64,000 nucleotides of DNA from an uncultured Verrucomicrobiae bacterium (GTDB lineage Bacteria > Verrucomicrobiota > Verrucomicrobiia > Limisphaerales > Palsa-1400), in contig CAVPOM010000004.1 of assembly GCA_963707025.1 (NCBI GenBank), forward strand, positions 32,001 to 96,000, in the 5' to 3' direction. Position numbers and translations under genes: made by a program. Shown in pieces: positions 61,501 to 64,000 of this stretch. The notes under the pieces were generated by a model. The model saw nothing but the letters and a program-made list of their open reading frames with translations. It was not told where the DNA came from and did not search any database. The first letter of the stretch is position 1. Every line of letters starts with the position of its first letter.

Positions 61501-64000
61501 CCCTGCCGCTTCGCTCACACTGCCCGAAATTGTCCCCCCGCTCCAGTTGAACGTCCCTCCGCTCAACACTTGCAAGGCGCCCGACACGCCGCCCCCGCAA
61601 TTGAGAAGGCCGCTGACCGTGTAGTTGCCAGCCAGGGCCACCGCACCCAGAGTGAGGTTGGTGATGGCGCCCCCTTGAAAATTCGCGCCCAGACTCACGG
61701 TGCCGCCGGTCATTTGCAGATTCGGTATCGTGTTGTCGAGCAGCGTGAGCGTGCCGCCGGTGAATTCAATCGTTCCAGGCCCAGTCAAGGTTGGCGGCGT
61801 GCCATAACGGAAGGCGCCGCCCGAAAAGTTGATCTCCGCCCCGCTGGCCGCCGAGAACGCGCCTTCCATGGTGCCGCCACCTTCGAAATTCAACATGCCT
61901 TGGTTGGCGGCTACGGTTCCCGCATTGTCAAGGGCCACCGAAATGGTGGTCGTGCCCGTGGCCGCGGACTTTTGCAACGTGCCCAGGTTGTGAAAATAGG
62001 CGTTGGTGGTGGAATAAAAGTTGATCATGCTCTGGTCGCACTGGATGTCCCACAAGGCTCCAGCCAGGTTTTCCACCGCTCCAGCGTAGGGCGTGTTGGT
62101 GTTGTTGAACACATACACGGTTCCACCCAGCCAATTCACCGTCCCCGCGTTGGTCAGCGGGTTGTCCAAATACACCGTCCCACTGCCGTTAATGTTCAGC
62201 ACCGCGTTGCTGGCGAGGCTCGTGGGACAACCCACGGTTCCACCGGTAAAATTAAAATTACTGTAAACCGTCAAGCCTCCGATGCCATTGACCGTCCCAG
62301 AACTCAGGTTCAGGAAAGCAACGCTGGCACTGTTCGTCAGGGTTGCGGTGCCGCCGTTCGTGACGTTCACAGTATCATACAGGGACGGCACTCCCGCTGG
62401 ATTCCAGTTGCCCGGTGTAAACCAGTCGCTGGAGACGCCGCCCACCCAAAAGAAATTCGTGCCTGGATGGATGTTGGAATAAACACTGATGCTCACCGGG
62501 ATGGATATGGCCGTCGCTCCCGCGGCATCCGTGGCCTTGGCTGTCAACGAGTAAAAGCCAGGAACCACATTGTTCCAAGTAAAGCTGTAGGGGCTGGACA
62601 AGCTTTGGCCCAGCTTGTTGGTTCCCTGGAAGAACTCCACTTTGACAACTGCGGCGTTGGTGTCGGTAGACGTGGCGTTGATCGTGATATTCACCGGCAC
62701 CACGAAACCCTCTCCGTTCGTGGGGCTGGTGATGCTGACATTGGGCGCGGCATAATTGGTCGCCAGCAGGATCAAAGAACTGGCCCCGTAGTTGAGTTGC
62801 CAGGACAGTCCTTCCGTCGGCAGGCTGACATTGGCAAAGGCGCCGCTTTCCGCCGCGTAGGTCAGAATGGTGAAGGAATTGCTCACGGCCGGCACGTATC
62901 CGCCGTTCAAGGTGACCAGAAGAGTCCCTGCTTGCGCCAGGTCCAACGCCGTGCTTTCGTTCCAGGCGAAGGTGCCGAAATCAGTCGAGCTGTTGAGGCC
63001 GACACTCAGAGTTTCCGAAGACTCCAAACTCAAGTGAGCGCCTCCCAACCGCAGCGTCCCATGCTGGGCGCTCAAGGTCGCCGCGTTGGTAAAATTGTCC
63101 ACACTGATCGTGCTGGTATTGTTGGTGCTGAATGCACTGATCGTCCCCTGGTTCACCAGATAATCAAACCCACTTTCGCCCATGATCCCGGCCGCGCTGA
63201 TGAGGTTGATCACCCCTCCCGCCAGATTGACCAACCCCCCGTCCTGACCGGCCGTGTTGTTGTTGTAAACATAGAACCCCTCGTTGGTCATGGAGCACGT
63301 CCCGGAATTGGTCATGGGAGACCACAAGTACAAATAAGCGCTGGAGGCCGCGCTCATCTGCGCCCCGCTTTGCAGCCACAGCCAGCAATTGGTGTTGCCG
63401 GCATAGCCGTTCTGGCCAAGGTCGGAACTGGAACCCGCCAGCAGCATCTGCCCGCCATTCTTCACCGTCACCTGCGCCTCCATGGCCACCCCGTTGACAC
63501 TGAGCACCGCCCCGCTGGCCACCACGAATGACCCGGACAGCGTGCCATTGGTCGCGACCAGCGTCCCCGTCACCGGCAGCGTGTTGGATAGGCTGCTTCC
63601 GTCCACCGTTAAATTGGTGATGGCCCCGCCTTGAAAACCCGGCCCCAACACCACCGTCCCGCCAGCATACTCCAGATGGGCAATCGGGTTGTCCGCCAGG
63701 GTGAGCACACCGGTGGTAAATTGATACTGGCCGCCACCGCCCAGCGTCAGACCCGCACCCGCGCTCGTGCCCGGACTGGCGCTGGCCCCGAATTGGATCG
63801 TCGTCCCCGCCGCCGCACTGAAATTGCCTGTCAGCGAGCCCAACCCGCTGAAAGACTCGATCCGCAAAGTACCCGCCCCCGCCAGCGTGGCCACCGCGCC
63901 CGGGTTGGTCAATTGGTCCATGCTGATGGTGCTGCTCCCGGCGGAAACATTGATCGTCCCCTGGTTCACCAGATAATCAAACCCACTTTCGCCCATGATC
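52581..64000 (-). CDS. Giant (>3800 aa) surface protein with beta-helix repeats, Ig/FN3 domains and a C-terminal Hint domain; 5' end off window, apparent +1 frameshift at ~57218
   Basis: ORFs 57175-63996 and 52581-57236 join as GYDAAG-NPSPLS if one G is removed; Hint GG|CLDPETLV..EHQFWV..LVHD at 52644-53048. Confidence 0.8.

Overview
GC-rich bacterial window, most likely Verrucomicrobiota (inferred from protein families and the recurrent C-terminal 'FYR' domain). It holds core genes (galM, GH30-like hydrolase, LacI regulator, pyrR-pyrB, mrp, fabG-acpP-fabF, rrf2-iscU-iscS) and large secreted or surface proteins. It also holds a complete type II-C-like CRISPR-Cas9 locus: cas9 (1043 aa), cas1, cas2, a tracrRNA and a 10-repeat array. 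The tracrRNA lies 44 nt downstream of the last repeat on the same strand. An ~8.8 kb element is integrated in tRNA-Gly(GCC) between 26-bp att repeats. It encodes a tyrosine integrase and an HUH rolling-circle Rep. The att site lies inside the integrase ORF, so excision would give the integrase a new 67-aa tail and place rep, translationally coupled, at the end of the int operon. This suggests a recombination-controlled replication switch. Next is an IS1-family transporter IS (17-bp IRs, 8-bp TSD) carrying a superinfection-immunity-like gene and a proteasome-like Ntn hydrolase, nested in the end of a defective IS481/IS3-like element. The window ends in a secreted-protein operon led by a >3800-aa protein with a C-terminal Hint domain. 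Several single-base frameshifts are probably sequencing errors. No database searches were run; family calls come from motif recognition.
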